64,000 nt of DNA, from NCBI RefSeq assembly GCF_964355755.1, contig NC_092678.1, forward strand, positions 9,564,422-9,628,421, given 5' to 3'. This document shows positions 48,501 through 63,500 of the stretch, one piece after another; position 1 is the stretch's first letter; each line of letters begins with the position of its first letter. The stretch comes from Antedon mediterranea. Lineage: Eukaryota; Animalia; Echinodermata. The position numbers and the translations under genes are program-made. The notes beneath the pieces were generated by a model. It was not told the DNA's origin. It ran no database searches and was given only the letters and a program-made list of their open reading frames with translations.

Positions 48501-51500
48501 TATACATTTCATATAAATAGAGTATTATCAGCTCTTCAGTCATCTACTGGTTTGAGGCGTAACGTGTAATGCTCAGGTTTGAGTGCTCTCAGTAGTGGGT
48601 TCGAACCTATACGGGTATTTTTTTTTTCTTTTTTTTTTAATTGAAAATAAATATTGTTTTTGAAAGTGAGATATTTTGAGGGTTGCAACTGTCAGGCCTA
48701 AACAAGTGAACCTTTTTTAAAATCAGAAACAAAGTTGCATGGCATTATTTTTCATTGATTGATCATCCATTTCATATAAATAGACTATTATCAGCTCTTC
48801 AGTCATAAAATGGTTTGCGGCGAACGGGTAATGCTCAGGTTTGAGTGATTTCAATAGTGGGTTCGAACTTCTAGGGATATTTTTTTTCTTTTTTTTTTAT
48901 TTGAAAATAAATATTATTTTTGAAGGTGAGATATTTTGAGGGTTGTAAATGTCAGGCCTAAACAAGTGAACATTTTTTAAAATCAGAAACAAAGTTGCAT
49001 GGCATTATTTTTCATTGATTTATTATTCATTTCATATAAATAGAGTATTATCAGCTCTTCAGTCATCTACTGGTTTGAGGCGTAACGGGTAATGCTCAAG
49101 TTTGAGTGCTCGCAGTAGTGCGTTCGAACCTCTAGGGATAGTTCTTTTCTTTTTTTTTTTATTGAAAATAAATATTTTTTTTGAAGGTGAGATATTTTGA
49201 GGGTTGTAAATGACAGGCCTAAACAAATGAACCTTTTTTTAAAATCAGAAACAAAGTTGCATGGCGTTATTTTTCATTGATTGATCATTAATTTCATATA
49301 AATAGACTATTATAAGCTCTTCAGTCATCTACTGGTTTGTGGCGTAACCGGTAGTGCTCAGGTTTGAGTTCTCGCAGTAGTGGGTTCGAAACTCTACGAA
49401 TATTTTTTTTCTTTTTTTTTAATTGAAAATAATATTGTTTTTGAAAGTGAGATAGTTTGAGGGTTGTAAATGTCAGGCCTAAACAATTGAACCTTTTTTA
49501 AAATCAGAAACAAAGTTGCATGGCATTATTTTTCATTGATTTATTATTCATTTCATATAAATAGATTATTATCAGCTCTTCAGTCATCTACTGGTTTGAG
49601 GCGTAACGGGTAATGCTCAAGTTTGAGTGCTCGCAGTAGTGGGTTCGAACCTCTAGAGATATTTCATTTCTTTTTTTTTTAATTGAAAATAAATATTTTT
49701 TTTGAAAGTGAGATATTTTGAGGTTTGTAAATGTCAGGCCTAAACAAATGAACCTTTTTTAAATCAGAAACAAAGTTGCATGGCATTATTTTTCATTGAT
49801 TGATCATTAATTTCATATAAATAGACTATTATCAGCTCTTCAGTTATCTACTGGTTTGTGGCGTAACGGGTAATACCCAGGTTTGAGTGCTCTCAGTAGC
49901 GGGTTCCAACCTCTAGGGATATTACTTTTTTTTTCTTATTGAAAATAAATATTTTTTTTGAAAATGAGATTTTTTTTAGGGTTGTGAATGTCAGGCCTAA
50001 ACAAATGGATCTTTTTTAAAATCAGAAACAAAGTTGCATGGCATTGTTTTTCATTGATTGATCATTTATTTCATATAAATAGACTATTATCAGCTCCTCA
50101 GTCACCTACTGGTTTGTGGCGTAACGGATAATACTCAGGTTTGAGTGCTCTCAGTAGTGGGTTCGAACCTCTAGGGATTTTTTTTTTTTTTAAATTGAAA
50201 ATAAATATTGTTTTTGAAAGTGAGATATTTTGAGGGTTGTAAATATCTGGCCTAAACAAGTGGACCTTTTTTAAAATCAGAAACAAAGTTGCATGGCATT
50301 ATTTTTCATTGATTTATTATTTATTTCATATAAATAGAGTATTATCAGCTCTTCGGTCATCTAGTGGTTTGTGGCGTAACGGGTAATGCTCAAATTTGAG
50401 TGCTCTCACTAGTGGGTTCGAACCTCTACGGATATTTTTTATTTTTTTTTTAATTTAAAATAAATATTGTTTTTGAAAGTGAAATATTTTGAGGGTTGTA
50501 AATGTCAGGCCTAAACAAGTGAACCTTTTTTAAAATCAGAAACAAGGTTGAATGGCATTATTTTTCATTGATTTATTATTAATTTCATATAAATAGAGTA
50601 TTATCAGCTCTTCAGTCATCTACTGGTTTGAGGCGTAACGGGTAATGCTCAAGTTTGAGTGTTCGCAGTAGTGGGTTCGAACCCCTAGGGATATTTCTTT
50701 TCTTTTTTTTTTAATTGAAAATAATTTTTTTGTTTAAAGTGAGATATTTTGAGGGTTGTAAATGTCAGGCCTAAACAAATGAACCTTTTTTAAAATCAGA
50801 AACAAAGTGGCATGGCATTATTTTTCATTGATTGATCATTAATTTAATATAAATAGACTATTATCAACTCATCAGTTATCTACTGGTTTGTGGCGTAACG
50901 GGTAATACCCAGGTTTGAGTGCTCTCAGTAGCGTGTTCCAACCTGTAAGGATATTTTTTTTTTAATTGAAAATAAATATTGTTTTTGAAAGTGAGATATT
51001 TTGAAGGTTGTAAATGTCAGGCCTAAACAAGTGAACATTTTTTTCAATCAGAAACAAAGTTGCATGGCATTATTTTTCATTGACTGATCATTCATTTCAT
51101 ATATATAGACTATTATCAGCTCTTCAGTCATCTACTGGTTTGTGGCGTAATGGGTAATGCTCAAGTTTGAGTGCTCTCACTAGTAGGTTCTACGGATATT
51201 TTGTTTCTATTTTTTTTTTAATTTAAAATAAATATTGTTTTTGAAAGTGAGATATTTTGAGGGTTGTAAATGTCAAGCCTAAACAAATGAACCTTTTTTT
51301 AAATCAGAAACAAAGTTGCATGGCATTATTTTTCATTGATTTATTATTTATTTCATATAAATAGAGTATCTTCAGTCATCTACTGGTTTGTGGCGTAGCG
51401 GGTAATGCTCAAGTTTCAGTGCTCTCACTAGTGGGTTCGAACCTCTACTGATATTTTATTTCTTTTTTTTTTTTTAATTGAAAAAATATTGTTTTTGAAA

Positions 51501-54500
51501 GTGAGATATTTTGAGGGTTGTAAATGTCAGGCCAAAACAAGTGAACCTTTTTTAAAATCAGAAACAAGGTTGCATGGCATTATTTTTCATTGATTGATCA
51601 TTCATTTCATATAAATAGACTATTATCAGCTCCTTAGTCACCTACTGGTTGGTGGCGTAACAGATAATGCTCAGGTTTGAGTTCTCTCAGTAGTGGGTTC
51701 GAACCTCTAGGGATTTTTTTTTAAAATTGAAAATAAATATTGTTTTTGAAAGTGAGATATTTTTAGGGTTGTAAATGTGAGGCCTAAACAAGTGAACCTT
51801 TTTTTAAATCAGAAACAAAGTTGCATGGCATTATTTTTCATTGATTGATCATTCATTTCATATAAATAGACTATTACCAGCTCTTCAGTCATCTACTGGT
51901 TTGTGGCGTAACGAGTAATGCTCAGGTTTGAGTGCTCTGAGTAGTGGGTCGAACCTCTAGGGATACTTTTTTTCTTTTTTTTTAAATTGAAAATAAATAT
52001 GGTTTTTGAAAGTGAGATATTTTGAGGGTTGTAAATGTCAGGCCAAAACAAGTGGACCTTTTTTAAAAATCAGAAACAAAGTTGCATAACATCATTTTAC
52101 ATTGATAGATCATTCATTTCATATAAATGGACTATTATCAGCTCCGCAGTCATCTACTGGTTGGTGGCGTAACGGATAATGCTCAGGTTTGAGTTCTCTC
52201 AGTAGTGGGTTCGAACCTCTAGGGATTTTTTTTTAAAATTGAAAATAAATATTGTTTTTGAAAGTGAGATATTTTTAGGGTTGTAAATGTGAGGCCTAAA
52301 CAAGTGAACCTTTTTTTAAATCAGAAACAAAGTTGCATGGCATTATTTTTCATTGATTAATCATTCATTTCATATAAATAGACTATTACCAGCTCTTCAG
52401 TCATCTACTGGCTTGTGGCGTAACGAGTAATGCTCAGGTTTGAGTGCTCTGAGTAGTGGGTCGAACCTCTAGGGATACTTTTTTTCTTTTTTTTTAAATT
52501 GAAAATAAATATGGTTTTTGAAAGTGAGATATTTTGAGGGTTGTAAATGTCAGGCCAAAACAAGTGGACCTTTTTTAAAAATCAGAAACAAAGTTGCATA
52601 ACATCATTTTACATTGATGGATCATTCATTTCATATAAATGGACAATTATCAGCTCCGCAGTCATCTACTGGTTTGTGGCGTAACGGATAATGCTCAGGT
52701 TTGAGTGCTTTCAGTAGTGGGTTCGCCCCTCTAGGGAATTTTTTTTTTTAAATTGAAAATAAATATTGTTTTTGAAAGTGAGATATCTTGAGGGTTGTAA
52801 ATATCAGGCCTAAACAAGTGGACCTTTTTTAAAATCAGAAACAAAGTTGCATGGCATTATTTTTCATTGGTTGATCATCCATTTCATATAAATAGACTAT
52901 TATCAGCTATTCAGTTATATACTGGTTTGCGGCGTAACGGGTAATGCTCAGTTTTGAGTGATTTCAATAGTGGGTTCGAACTTCTAGGGATATTTTTTTT
53001 TTTTTTTTTTATTTGAAAATAAATATTGTTTTTGAAAGTGAGATATTTTGAGGGTTGTAAATGTCAGGCCTAAACAAGTGAACATTTTTTTAAATCAGAA
53101 ACAAAGTTGCAAGGCATTATTTTTCATTGATTGATCATTCATTTCATATATATAGACTATTATCAGCTCCTCAGTCATCTACTGGTTTGTGGCGTAACGT
53201 GTAATGCTCAGGTTTGAGTGCTCTCAGTAGTGGGTTCGAACCTATACGGGTATTTTTTTTTCTTTTTTTGTTAATTGAAAATAAATATTGTTTTTGAAAG
53301 TGAGATATTTTGAGGGTTGCAACTGTCAGGCCTAAACAAGTGAACCTTTTTTAAAATCAGAAACAAAGTTGCATGGCATTATTTTTCATTGATTGATCAT
53401 CCCTTTCATATAAATAGACTATTATCAGCTCTTCAGTCATAAAATGGTTAGCGGCGAACGGTTAATGCTCAGGTTTGAGTGATTTCAATAGTGGGTTCGA
53501 ACTTCTAGGGATATTTTTTTCTTTTTTTTTTATTTGAAAATAAATATTGTTTTTGAAGGTAAGATATTTCGAGGGTTGTAAATGTCAGGCCTAAACAAGT
53601 GAACCTTTTTTAAAATCAGAAACAAAGTTGCATGGCATTATTTTTCATTGATTTATTATTCATTTCATATAAATAGAGTATTATCAGCTCTTCAGTCATC
53701 TACTGGTTTGAGGCGTAACGGGTAATGCTCAAGTTTGAGTGCTCGCAGTAGTGGGTTCGAACCTCTAGGGATATTTCTTTTCTTTCTTTTTTTTATTGAA
53801 AATAAATATTTTTTTTGAAGGTGAGATATTTTGAGGGTTGTAAATGACAGGCCTAAACAAATGAACCTTTTTTAAAATCAGAAACAAAGTTGCATTGCAT
53901 TATTTTTCATTGATTTATTATTAATTTCATATAAATAGAGTATTATCAGCTCTTCAGTCAGCTACTGGTTTGAGGCGTAACGGGTAATGCTCAGGTTTGA
54001 GTTCTCGCAGTAGTGGGTTCGAACCTCTACGAATATTTTGTTTCTTTTTTTTTTTTTTTATTTAAAATAAATATTGTTTTTGAAAGTGAGATATTTTGAG
54101 GGTTGTAAATGTCAGGCCTAAACAAGTGAACCTTTTTAAAAATCAGAAACAAAGTTGCATGGCATTATTTTTCATTGATTTATTATTAATTTCATATAAA
54201 TAGAGTATTATCAGCTCTTCAGTCATCTACTGGTTTGAGGCGTAACGGGTAATGCTCGGGTTTGAGTTCTCGCAGTAGTGGGTTCGAACCTCTACGAATA
54301 TTTGTTTTCTTTTTTTTTTTTATTGAAAAAAATATTGTTTTTGAAAGTAAGATATTTTGAGGGTTGTAAATGTCAGGCCTAAACAAGTGGACCTTTTTTA
54401 AAATCAGAAACAAAGTTGCATGGCATTATTTTTCATTGATTGATTGATCATTCATTTCATATAAATAGACTATTATCAGCTCTTCAGTTATCTACTGGTT

Positions 54501-57500
54501 TGTGGCGTAACGGGTAATGCTCAAGTTTGAGTGCTCTCACTAGTGGGTTCGAACCTCTACGGATATTTTTTTTTTTTTAATTTAAAATAAATATTGTTTT
54601 TGAAAGTGAGATATTTTGAGGGTTGTAAATGTCAGGCCTAAACAAGTGAACCTTTTTTAAAATCAGAAACAAAGTTGCATGGCATTATTTTTCATTGATT
54701 TATTATTTATTTCATATAAATAGAGTATTGTCAGCTCTTCAGTCATCTACTGGTTTGTGGCGTAACGGGTAATGCTCAAGTTTGAGTGCTCTCACTAGTG
54801 GGTTCGAACCTCTACGGATATTTTGTTTCTTTTTTTTTTTATTTAAAATAAATATTGTTTTTGAAAGTGAGATATTTTGAGGGTTGTAAATGTCAGGCCT
54901 AAACAAGTGAACCTTTTTTAAAATCAGAAACAAAGTTGCATGGCATTATTTTTCATTGATTGATCATCTATTTCATATAAATAGACTATTATCAGCTCTT
55001 CAGTCATATACTGGTTTGCGGCGTAACGGGTAATGCTCAGGTTTGAGTGATTTCAATAGTGGGTTCGAACTTCTAGGGATATTTTTTTTTCTTTTTTTTT
55101 TTATTTGAAAATAAATATTGTTTTTGAAAGTGAGATATTTTGAGGGTTTTAAATGTCAAGCCTAACCAAGTGAACCTTTTTTTTAAAATCAGAAACAAAG
55201 TTGCATAACATCATTTTACATTGATGGATCATTCATTTCATATAAATAGACTGTTATCAGCTCTTCAGTCATCTACTGGTTTGTAGCGTAACCGGTAGTG
55301 CTCAGGTTTGAGTTCTCGCAGTAGTGGGTTCGAAACTCTACGAATATTTTTTTTCTTTTTTTTTTAATTGAAAATAAATATTGTTTTTGAAAGTGAGATA
55401 TTTTGAGGGTTGTAAATGTCAGGCCTAAACAAGTGGACCTTTTTTAAAATCAGAAACAAAGTTGCATGGCATTATTTTTCATTGATTGATCATTCATTTC
55501 ATATAAATAGACTATTATCAGCTCCGCAGTCATCTACTGGTTTGTGGCGTAACGGATAATGCTCAGGTTTGAGTGCTTTCAGTAGTGGGTTCGAACCTCT
55601 AGGGATTTTTTTTTTTAAATTGAAAATAAATATTGTTTTTGAAAGTGAGATATTTTGAGGGTTGTAAATGTCAGGCCTAAACAAGTGGACCTTTTTTAAA
55701 ATCAGAAACAAAGTTGCATGGCATTATTTTTCATTGGTTGATCATCCATTTCATATAAATAGACTATTATCAGCTCTTCAGTTATATACTGGTTTGCGGC
55801 GTAACGGGTAATGCTCAGTTTTGAGTGATTTCAATAGTGGGTTCGAACTTCTAGGGATATTTTTTTTTTTTTTTTTTTTATTTGAAAATAAATATTGTTT
55901 TTGAAAGTGAGATATTTTGAGGGTTGTAAATGTCAGGCCTAAACAAGTGAACATTTTTTTCAATCAGAAACAAAGTTGCATGTCATTATTTTTCATTGAT
56001 TGATCATTCATTTCATATATATAGACTATTATCAGTTCCTCAGTCACCTACTGGTTTGTGGCGTAACGTGTAATGCTCAGGTTTGAGTGCTCCCAGTAGT
56101 GGGTTCGAACCTATACGGGTATTTTTTTTTTCTTTTTTTTTTAATTGAAAATAAATATTGTTTTTGAAAGTGAGATATTTTGAGGGTTGCAACTGTCAGG
56201 CCTAAACAAGTGAACCTTTTTTTAAATCAGAAACAAAGTTGCATGGCATTATTTTTCATTGATTGATCATCCATTTCATATAAATAGACTATTATCAGCT
56301 CTTCAGTCATAAAATGGTTTGCGGCGAACGGGTAATGCTCAGGTTTGAGTGATTTCAATAGTGGGTTCGAACTTCTAGGGATATTTTTTTTCTTTTTTTT
56401 TTTATTTGAAAATAAATATTGTTTTTGAAGGTGAGATATTTTGAGGGTTGTAAATGTCAGGCCTAAACAAGTGAACATTTTTTAAAATCAGAAACAAAGT
56501 TGCATGGCATTATTTTTCATTGATTTATTATTCATTTCATATAAATAGAGTATTATCAGCTCTTCAGTCATCTACTGGTTTGAGGCGTAACGGGTAATGC
56601 TCAAGTTTGAGTGCTCGCAGTAGTGGGTTCGAACCTCTAGGGATAGTTCTTTTCTTTTTTTTTTATTGAAAATAAATATTTTTTTTGAAGGTGAGATATT
56701 TTGAGGGTTGTAAATGACAGGCCTAAACAAATGAACCTTTTTTAAAATCAGAAACAAAGTTGCATGGCGTTATTTTTCATTGATTGATCATTAATTTCAT
56801 ATAAATAGACTATTATCAGCTCTTCAGTCATCTACTGGTTTGTGGCGTAACCGGTAGTGCTCAGGTTTGAGTTCTCGCAGTAGTGGGTTCGAAACTCTAC
56901 GAATATTTTTTTTCTTTTTTTTTAATTGAAAATAATATTGTTTTTGAAAGTGAGATAGTTTGAGGGTTGTAAATGTCAGGCCTAAACAAGTGAACCTTTT
57001 TTAAAATCAGAAACAAAGTTGCATGGCATTATTTTTCATTGATTTATTATTCATTTCATATAAATAGATTATTATCAGCTCTTCAGTCATCTACTGGTTT
57101 GAGGCGTAACGGGTAATGCTCAAGTTTGAGTGCTCGCAGTAGTGGGTTCGAACCTCTAGAGATATTTCATTTCTTTTTTTTTTTAATTGAAAATAAATAT
57201 TTTTTTTTGAAAGTGAGATATTTTGAGGTTTGTAAATGTCAGGCCTAAACAAATGAACCTTTTTTAAATCAGAAACAAAGTTGCATGGCATTATTTTTCA
57301 TTGATTGATCATTAATTTCATATAAATAGACTATTATCAGCTATTCAGTTATCTACTGGTTTGTGGCGTAACGGGTAATACCCAGGTTTGAGTGCTCTCA
57401 GTAGCGGGTTCCAACCTCTAGGGATATTACTTTTTTTTTCTTATTGAAAATAAATATTTTTTTTGAAAATGAGATTTTTTTTAGGGTTGTGAATGTCAGG

Positions 57501-60500
57501 CCTAAACAAATGGATCTTTTTTAAAATCAGAAACAAAGTTGCATGGCATTGTTTTTCATTGATTGATCATTTATTTCATATAAATAGACTATTATCAGCT
57601 CCTCAGTCACCTACTGGTTTGTGGCGTAACGGATAATGCTCAGGGTTGAGTGCTCTCAGTAGTGGGTTCGAACCTCTAGGGTTTTTTTTTTTTTTAAATT
57701 GAAAATAAATATTGTTTTTGAAAGTGAGATATTTTGAGGGTTGTAAATATCAGGTCTAAACAAGTGGACCTTTTTTAAAATCAGAAACAAAGTTGCATGG
57801 CATTATTTTTCATTGATTTATTATTTATTTCATATAAATAGAGTATTATCAGCTCTTCAGTCATCTAGTGGTTTGTGGCGTAACGGGTAATGCTCAAATT
57901 TGAGTGCTCTCACTAGTGGGTTCGAACCTCTACGGATATGTTTTTTTTTTTTTTTAAATTTAAAATAAATATTGTTTTTGAAAGTGAAATATTTTGAGGG
58001 TTGTAAATGTCAGGCCTAAACAAGTGAACCTTTTTTAAAATCAGAAACAAGGTTGAATGGCATTATTTTTCATTGATTTATTATTAATTTCATATAAATA
58101 GAGTATTATCAGCTCTTCAGTCATCTACTGGTTTGAGGCGTAACGGGTAATGCTCAAGTTTGAGTGTTCGCAGTAGTGGGTTCGAACCCCTAGGGATATT
58201 TCTTTTCTTTTTTTTTTAATTGAAAATAATTTTTTTTTTTAAAGTGAGATATTTTGAGGGTTGTAAATGTCAGGCCTAAACAAATGAACCTTTTTTAAAA
58301 TCAGAAACAAAGTGGCATGGCATTATTTTTCATTGATTGATCATTAATTTCATATAAATAGACTATTATCAACTCATCAGTTATCTACTGGTTTGTGGCG
58401 TAACGGGTAATACCCAGGTTTGAGTGCTCTCAGTAGCGTGTTCCAACCTGTAAGGATATTTTTTTTTTTAATTGAAAATAAATATTGTTTTTGAAAGTGA
58501 GATATTTTGAGGGTTGTAAATGTCAGGCCTAAACAAGTGAACATTTTTTTCAATCAGAAACAAAGTTGCATGGCATTATTTTTCATTGACTGATCATTCA
58601 TTTCATATATATAGACTATTATCAGCTCTTCAGTCATCTACTGGTTTGTGGCGTAACGGGTAATGCTCAAGTTTGAGTGCTCTCACTAGTAGTTTCTACG
58701 GATATTTTGTTTCTATTTTTTTTTAAATTTAAATAAATATTGTTTTTGAAAGTGAGATATTTTGAGGGTTGTAAATGTCAAGCCTAAACAAATGAACCTT
58801 TTTTTAAATCAGAAACAAAGTTGCATGACATTATTTTTCATTGATTTATTATTTAATTCATATAAATAGAGTATTATCAGCTCTTCAGTCATCTACTGGT
58901 TTGTGGCGTAGCGGGTAATGCTCAAGTTTCAGTGCTCTCACTAGTGGGTTTGAACCTCTACTGATATTTTATTTCTTTTTATTTTTTAATTGAAAAAATA
59001 TTGTTTTTGAAAGTGAGATATTTTGAGGGTTGTAAATGTCAGGCCAAAACAAGTGAACCTTTTTTAAAATCAGAAACAAAGTTGCATGGCATTATTTTTC
59101 ATTGATTGATCATTCATTTCATATAAATAGACTATTATCCGCTCCTCAGTCACCTACTGGTTGGTGGCGTAACGGATAATGCTCAGGTTTGAGTTCTCTC
59201 AGTAGTGGGTTCGAACCTCTAGGGATTTTTTTTTTTAAATTGAAAATAAATATTGTTTTTGAAAGTGAGATATTTTTAGGGTTGTAAATGTGAGGCCTAA
59301 ACAAGTGAACCTTTTTTTAAATCAGAAACAAAGTTGCATGGCATTATTTTTCATTGATTGATCATTCATTTCATATAAATAGACTATTATCAGCTCTTCA
59401 GTCATCTACTGGTTTGTGGCGTAACGGGTAATCCTCAGTTTTGAGTGCTCTGAGTAGTGGGTCGAACCTCTAGGGATATTTTTTTTCTTTTTTTTTTAAA
59501 TTGAAAATAAATATGGTTTTTGAAAGTGAGATATTTTGAGGGTTGTAAATGTCAGGCCTAAACAAGTGGACCTTTTTTAAAATGATAAACAAAGTTGCAT
59601 GGCATTATTTTTCATTGATTGATCATTCATTTCATATAAATAGACTATTATCAGCTCTTCAGTCATCTACTGGTTTGTGGCGTAGCTGGTAATGCTCAGG
59701 TTTAAGTGCTCTGAGTAGTGGGTCGAACCTCTAGGGATATTTTTTTTCTTTTTTTTTTAAATTGAAAATAAATATGGTTTTTGAAATTGAGATATTTTGA
59801 GGGTTGTAAATATCAGGCCTAAACAAGTGGACCTTTTTTAAAATCAGAAACAAAGTTGCATGGCATTATTTTTCATTGATTTATTATTTATTTCATATAA
59901 ATAGAGTATTATCAGCTCTTCAGTCATCTACTGGTTTGTGGCGTAACGGGTAATGCTCAAGTTTGAGTGCTCTCACTAGTGGGTTCGAACCTCTACGGAT
60001 ATTTTGTTTCTTTTTTTTTTATTTAAAATAAATATTGTTTTTGAAAGTGAGATATTTTGAGGGTTGTAAATGTCAGGCCTAAACAAGTGAACCTTTTTTA
60101 AAATCAGAAACAAAGTTGCATGGCATTATTTTTCATTGATTTATTATTAATTTCATATAAATAGAGTATTATCAGCTCTTCAGTCATCTACTGGTTTGAG
60201 GCGTAACGGGTAATGCTCAGGTTTGAGTTCTCGCAGTAGTGGGTTCGAACCTCTATGAATATTTTTTTTTCTTTTTTTTTTAATTGAAAATAAATATTGT
60301 TTTTGAAAGTGAGATATTTTGAGGGTTGTAAATGTCAGGCCTAAACAAGTGGACCTTTTTTAAAATCAGAAACAAAGTTGCATGGCATTATTTTTCATTG
60401 ATTGATCATTCATTTCATATAAATAGACTATTATCAGCTCCGCAGTCATCTACTGGTTTGTGGCGTAACGGATAATGCTCACGTTTGAGTGCTCTCACTA

Positions 60501-63500
60501 GTGGGTTCGAACATCTACGGATATTTTGTTTCTTTTTTTTTTTTTATTTAAAATAAATATTGTTTTTGAAAGTGAGATATTTTGAGGGTTGTAAATGTCA
60601 GGCCTAAACAAGTGGACCTTTTTTAAAATCAGAAACAAAGTTGCATGGCATTATTTTTCATTGATTGATCATTAATTTCATATAAATAGACTATTATCAG
60701 CTCTTCAGTTATGTACTGGTTTGTGGCGTAACGGGTAATACCCAGGTTTGAGTGCTCTCAGTAGCGGGTTCCAACCTCTAGGGATATTGCTTTTTTTTTT
60801 TCTTATTGAAAATAAATATTTTTTTTGAAAATGAGATATTTTTTAGGGTTGTAAATGTCAGGCCTAAACAAATGGATCTTTTTTAAAATCAGAAACAAAG
60901 TTGCATGGCATTATTTTTCATTGATTGATAATTCATTTCATATAAATAGACTATTACCAGCTCTTCAGTCATCTACTGGTTTGTGGCGTAACGAGTAATG
61001 TTCAGGTTTGAGTGCTCTGAGTAGTAAATCGAACCTCTAGGGATACTTTTTTTCTTTTTTTTTTAAATTGAAAATAAATATGGTTTTTGAAAGTGAGATA
61101 TTTTGAGGGTTGTAAATGTCAGGCCTAAACAAGTGGACCTTTTTTAAAATCAGAAACAAAGTTGCATGGCATTATTTTTCATTGATTGATAATTCATTTC
61201 ATATAAATAGACTATTATCAGCTCTTCAGTCATCTACTGGTTTGTGGCGTAACGGGTAATGCTCAGGTTTGAGTGCTCTGAGTAGTGGGTCGAACCTCAA
61301 GGGATATTGTTTTTCTTTTTTTTTAAATTGAAAATAAATATGGTTTTTAAAAGTCAGATATTTTGAGGGTTTTAAATGTCAAGCCTAACCAAGTGGACCT
61401 TTTTTTAAAATCAGAAACAAAGTTGCATATCATCATTTTACATTGATGGATCATTCATTTCATATAAATAGACTGTTATCAGCTCTTCAGTCATCTACTG
61501 GTTTGTGGCGTAACCGGTAGTGCTCAGGTTTGAGTTCTCGCAGTAGTGGGTTCGAACCTCTACGAATATTTTTTTTCTTTTTTTTTTAATTGAAAATAAA
61601 TAATGTTTTTGAAAGTGAGATATTTTGAGGGTTGTAAATGTCAGGCCTAAACAAGTGGACCTTCTTTAAAATCAGAAACAAAGTTGCATGGCATTATTTT
61701 TCATTGAATGATCATTCATTTCATATAAATAGACTATTATCAGCTCTTCAGTCATCTACTGGTTTGTGGCGTAACGGGTAATGCTCAGGTTTGAGTGCTC
61801 TGAGTAGTGGGTCGAACCTCTAGGGATATTTTTTTTCTTTTTTTTTTAAATTGAAAATAAATATGGTTTTTGAAAGTGAGATATTTTGAGGGTTGTAAAT
61901 ATCAGGCCTAAACAAGTGGACCTTTTTTAAAATCAGAAACAAAGTTGCATGGCATTATTTTTCATTGATTGATCATTTATTTCATATAAATAGATTATTA
62001 TCAGCTCTTCAGTCATCTACTGGTTTGTGGCGTAACGGGTAATCCTCAGGTTTGAGTGCTCTGAGTAGTGGGTCGAACCTCAAGGGATATTTTTTTTCTT
62101 TTTTTTTTAAATTGAAAATAAATATGGTTTTTGAAAGTGAGATATTTTGAGGGTTGTAAATATCAGGCCTAAACAAGTGGACCTTTTTTAAAATCAGAAA
62201 CAAAGTTGCATGGCATTATTTTTCATTGATTTATTATTTATTTCATATAAATAGAGTATTATCAGCTCTTCAGTCATCTACTGGTTTGTGGCGTAACGGG
62301 TAAAGCTCAAGTTTGATTGCTCTCACTAGTGGGTTCGAACCTCTACGGATATTTTGTTGCTTTTTTTTTTTTTATTTAAAATAAATATTGTTTTTGAAAG
62401 TGAGATATTTTGAGGGTTGTAAATATCAGGCCTAAACAAGTGAACCTTTTTTAAAATCAGAAACAAAGTTGCATTGCATTATTTTTCATTGATTTATTAT
62501 TAATTTCATATAAATAGAGTATTATCAGCTCTTCAGACATCTACTGGTTTGAGGCGTAACGGGTAATGCTCAGGTTTGAGTTCTCGCAGTAGTGGGTTCC
62601 AACCTCTACGAATATTTTTTTTTTTTTTTTTTTTTATTGAAAATAAATATTGTTTTTGAAAGTGAGATATTTTGAGGGTTGTAAATATCAGGCCTAAACA
62701 AGTGGACCTTTTTTAAAATCAGAAACAAAGTTGCATGGCATTATTTTTCATTGATTTATTATTTATTTCATATAAATAGAGTATTATCAGCTCTTCAGTC
62801 ATCTACTGGTTTGTGGCGTAACGGGTAAAGCTCTCACTAGTGGGTTCGAACCTCTACGGATATTTTGTTGCTTTTTTTTTTTTTATTTAAAATAAATATT
62901 GTTTTTGAAAGTGAGATATTTTGAGGGTTGTAAATATCAGGCCTAAACAAGTGAACCTTTTTTAAAATCAGAAACAAAGTTGCATTGCATTATTTTTCAT
63001 TGATTTATTATTAATTTCATATAAATAGAGTATTATCAGCTCTTCAGTCATCTACTGGTTTGAGGCGTAACGGGTAATGCTCAGGTTTGAGTTCTCGCAG
63101 TAGTGGGTTCGAACCTCTACGAATATTTTTTTTTTTTTTTTTTTATTGAAAATAAATATTGTTTTTGAAAGTGAGATATTTTGAGGGTTGTAAATGTCAG
63201 GCCTAAACAAGTGGACCTTTTTTAAAATCAGAAACAAAGTTGTATGGCATTATTTTTCATTGATTTATTATTTATTTCATATAAATAGAGTATTATCAGC
63301 TCTTCAGTCATCTACTAGTTTGTGGCGTAACGGGTAATGCTCAAGTTTGAGTGCTCTCACTAGTGGGTTCGAACCTCTACGGATATTTTGTTTCTTTTTT
63401 TTTTTTATTTAAAATAAATATTGTTTTTGAAAGTGAGATATTTTGAGGGTTGTAAATGTCAGGCCTAAACAAGTGAACCTTTTTTAAAATCAGAAGCAAA

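Noticed and set aside
35016-63237. Many 61-83 aa minus-strand ORFs (MFLILKKVHLFRPDIYNPQ...)
   Set aside because: Open only when the variable T run happens to keep frame, mostly with non-ATG starts; satellite artefacts.
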